From Eledone cirrhosa (taxonomy: Eukaryota): a stretch of DNA of 64,000 bases. This document shows, piece by piece, positions 61,371-64,000 of the stretch. The stretch is from assembly GCA_964016885.1 (NCBI GenBank), contig OZ024740.1, positions 291,214,001 to 291,278,000 on the forward strand, given 5' to 3'. The notes under the pieces are model-generated. The model was not told where the DNA came from and ran no database searches. It worked only from the letters and a program-made list of their open reading frames with translations. The number at the start of each line of letters is the position of its first letter. The first letter of the stretch is position 1. The translations under genes and the position numbers were made by a program.

Positions 61371-64000
61371 ATCATCATTATCATCATTATCATCGTTTAA
61401 CGTCCATCTTCCATGCTAGCATGGGTTTAGATGGGAATTGTCCTACTTGACACAAGATTGGCCGGGTGACCATGTCTCACTTGTATAGGACTGTCTGGCA
61501 GGTTTTCTACTGGATGGCCTTCCTAACACCAACCACATTTACAGTGTGGACTGGGAGGTTTTTACCATGTTACTTACATGCCACATTACAGCATGCACTG
61601 TGTGTGTGTGTTTTTTTTGTCGTGACACCTACACAACCTCATTTATTTTTTTCGGACTGGATGTTGTGGTACCAACATAACTTCATGGAGAAAGGGTGGT
61701 GTTGGTGGGAGTGGGGGGGAGTTGAGGTATATATTTGGTTAAGAGGTGCCTACTGACTAGGCTTTGCTTTCTTCTGTATTACTGCGTAGCGCCAAAGATC
61801 TTGGTCCAGTGACATTGTCTTAGAGAGGTGTAAGTGTGTGAGGTCGGAATTTATCAAATCCTCCCAGGTTTTTCGGGGTCTACCTATTCCATAACTTCCA
61901 TCAATTTTGATCGCCCTGCACTTTTTTATACAACTGTCATCTTTCATGCGCATCACGTGACCATACCAGCATAGTCTTCTCTCGAGTAAACAGCATCTGA
62001 TCCCTCTTATTCCTAATTTCTCACTTAGTTCATTTATGCTTTGCCGTTCGCGTATATTGCTATTACACATCCAACGGAGCATGGATGCTTCGTTCCTCTC
62101 CAGTCTGCGCAGATCCTCTGCACACAAAGCCCATGTCTCACTGCCATGTAACATTGCTGTTCGTATACAGGTATCATACAATCTGCCTTTCATTTTTAGA
62201 GAGAAACCTTTTGTGGCCAATAGAAAATCTACGTTCTTAGATAGCTTACCTGTGATCCCACTACATCTTTTATGTACCCATAGTTTGCATTTGGGACAGA
62301 ATATGGAATTTCTGCCTACTCCTTTCCTACACACTGAACATGGCCATTTCCCAGAAGGTACCTGTAACCTATTTTCCTTTCTACATACTAGAACTTTAGT
62401 CTTAGACAAGTTAACTTTAAGGCCTTTTGATTCTAGGCCATGCTTCCATGTTTAGAATTTCTTCTCTAGTTCAGCCATTGATTCAGCTATGAGAGTTAGA
62501 TCATTTGCGTATAGAATTTCCCATGGGCAGCCAGTCTTGAACTCCTCTGTTATAGCCTGAAGGGCAATAATAAATAGGAGAGGGCTAAGGACAGAGCCTT
62601 GATGAACACCGACTTTGACGCTAAATTCTTCACTATATTCGTTGTTAATTCTAACCTTGCTGATTGTTTCTTTATACATGGCTTGTATAGCTCTCACAAG
62701 CCATTCATCAACACCTAGTTTTCTAAGAGCCCACCAGATAATGAAGCGGGGGACTCTGTCAAAGGCTTTCTCCAAGTCAACAAAAGCTAAGTATAGGGGT
62801 TTACCTTTAGCTAGGTACTGCTCTTGTAGTTGTCGTACAAGGAAAAGAGCGTCCATGGTACTTTTACCTGACACAAACCCAAACTGCATTTCATATAGAT
62901 CAATTCGCTCTCTGATTAGTTGTGCTATAACTCTTTCTGTGACCTTCATGACCTGGTCAACTAATTTAATGCCTCTATAGTTTCCCCTATCTAGAGCATC
63001 TCCTTTACTCTTGTAGCAGTTAATGGTGATGCTGCTACACCAGTCATTTGGTATGATCCCATTCTGTATGACTTGGTTTACTATCCGGGTGACCATAGTG
63101 TGCCCCACCATTCCAGATGCTTACAGCATTTCGGCAACTATTTCCAAAGGCCCAGCTCCCTTGCCTGTCTTCATATCTTTGATTGCCTTACTTATACTAC
63201 CTTTAACTTGCACTGCTGGTCCCTCTATTGGATCGATTTGGGGCAGACTATCTTTTTCCCATTTATTCTCCCTCATTTAGAAGTCTCTCGTAGTGACACT
63301 TCCAAGCTCACTTCTTATCAGCATCAGTGATGGCAAGTACACCATCATCATTACAGACACACTTCTCCCCGACAATATCACGGTTTTCCTTGACACATTG
63401 TCTAGCAATCCTGAACACCTCACGTTTTTGGTCCTCACGTTGTAGAACATGCTTGAAATTTCTTTCCTCTGCTTCCCTTCTTGCAAAGTACACTTGTCTC
63501 CTAGCTTCTCTCCTGGCCACTTGATAGTGTTCTCTACTTCCCCCATCCCGCCATACCTTCCAAGCATGCTTTTTGGCCTTGATTGACTCCTCCACCTTAC
63601 TGTTCCACCACCAAGTTACTCTCCTCCTGCCTATAGGTCTGCTCCAGCCACAGATTTCATCTGTTGCCTTCAGCAGGTTAACTTTCAGGAATTCCCACTG
63701 TTCCTTTATATTATACGTCTCTAATTGCTCTTTCTTACTGTCAAAAGCATCAAGTAATATGCTTTTTAATTTGTTACTAGTTGTGGGGTCCTTTAGCTTC
63801 CATATTCTTCTCCGCAGAGTAGTCCTCCTCTGTTGTCGAGTACGTCTAGTCCTGACTATGAGATCGCTAATTATGAGTCTATGTTGGGAGGTGCATTCTT
63901 CACGGGGAACAGATTTAGTGTTTACAACAGACACTCTATCACGTCTTCTGGTAAGGATATAAACTATCTGACTGGCGTGTTCCCTTGATCTATAGGTGAT
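61371..64000 (-). pseudogene. Older, disabled copy of the PHD-bearing RTE LINE, running off the window end
   Basis: Colinear with 5296-8140 but carries stops (62452, 63308), a frameshift near 63115 and a ~201-bp internal deletion at ~62223. Confidence 0.92.

Overview
AT-rich, intron-containing eukaryotic DNA packed with repeats. The SINE and LINE families resemble those of cephalopods (octopus-like; an inference, not verified). There is no prokaryotic organisation and no CRISPR. Two host genes on the + strand can be spliced together by hand. The first is the 3' end of an SH2 + divergent WW-like adaptor gene (exons 4968-5062 and 10249-10957). The second is six phase-compatible small exons between 44755 and 57859 encoding tandem fibronectin-type-III-like ectodomain repeats, mostly invisible in the ORF track. 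Mobile DNA includes a near-full-length RTE LINE with an uninterrupted 1008-aa ORF carrying a PHD finger, plus younger and older copies and partner SINEs. It also includes a second Rex3/Expander-like RTE family (one copy with a twin-priming inversion), a degenerate CRE-clade element, CR1 fragments, a Helitron, hAT-, piggyBac- and Tigger-like MITEs, a solo LTR and an inverted pair of degenerate minimal hammerhead ribozymes. An ~11 kb satellite block (22.2-33.3 kb) is built mostly on one 13-bp monomer organised at three scales. I found no clearly new biological system; the best leads are listed as findings. All calls were made by eye, and repeat boundaries are approximate.
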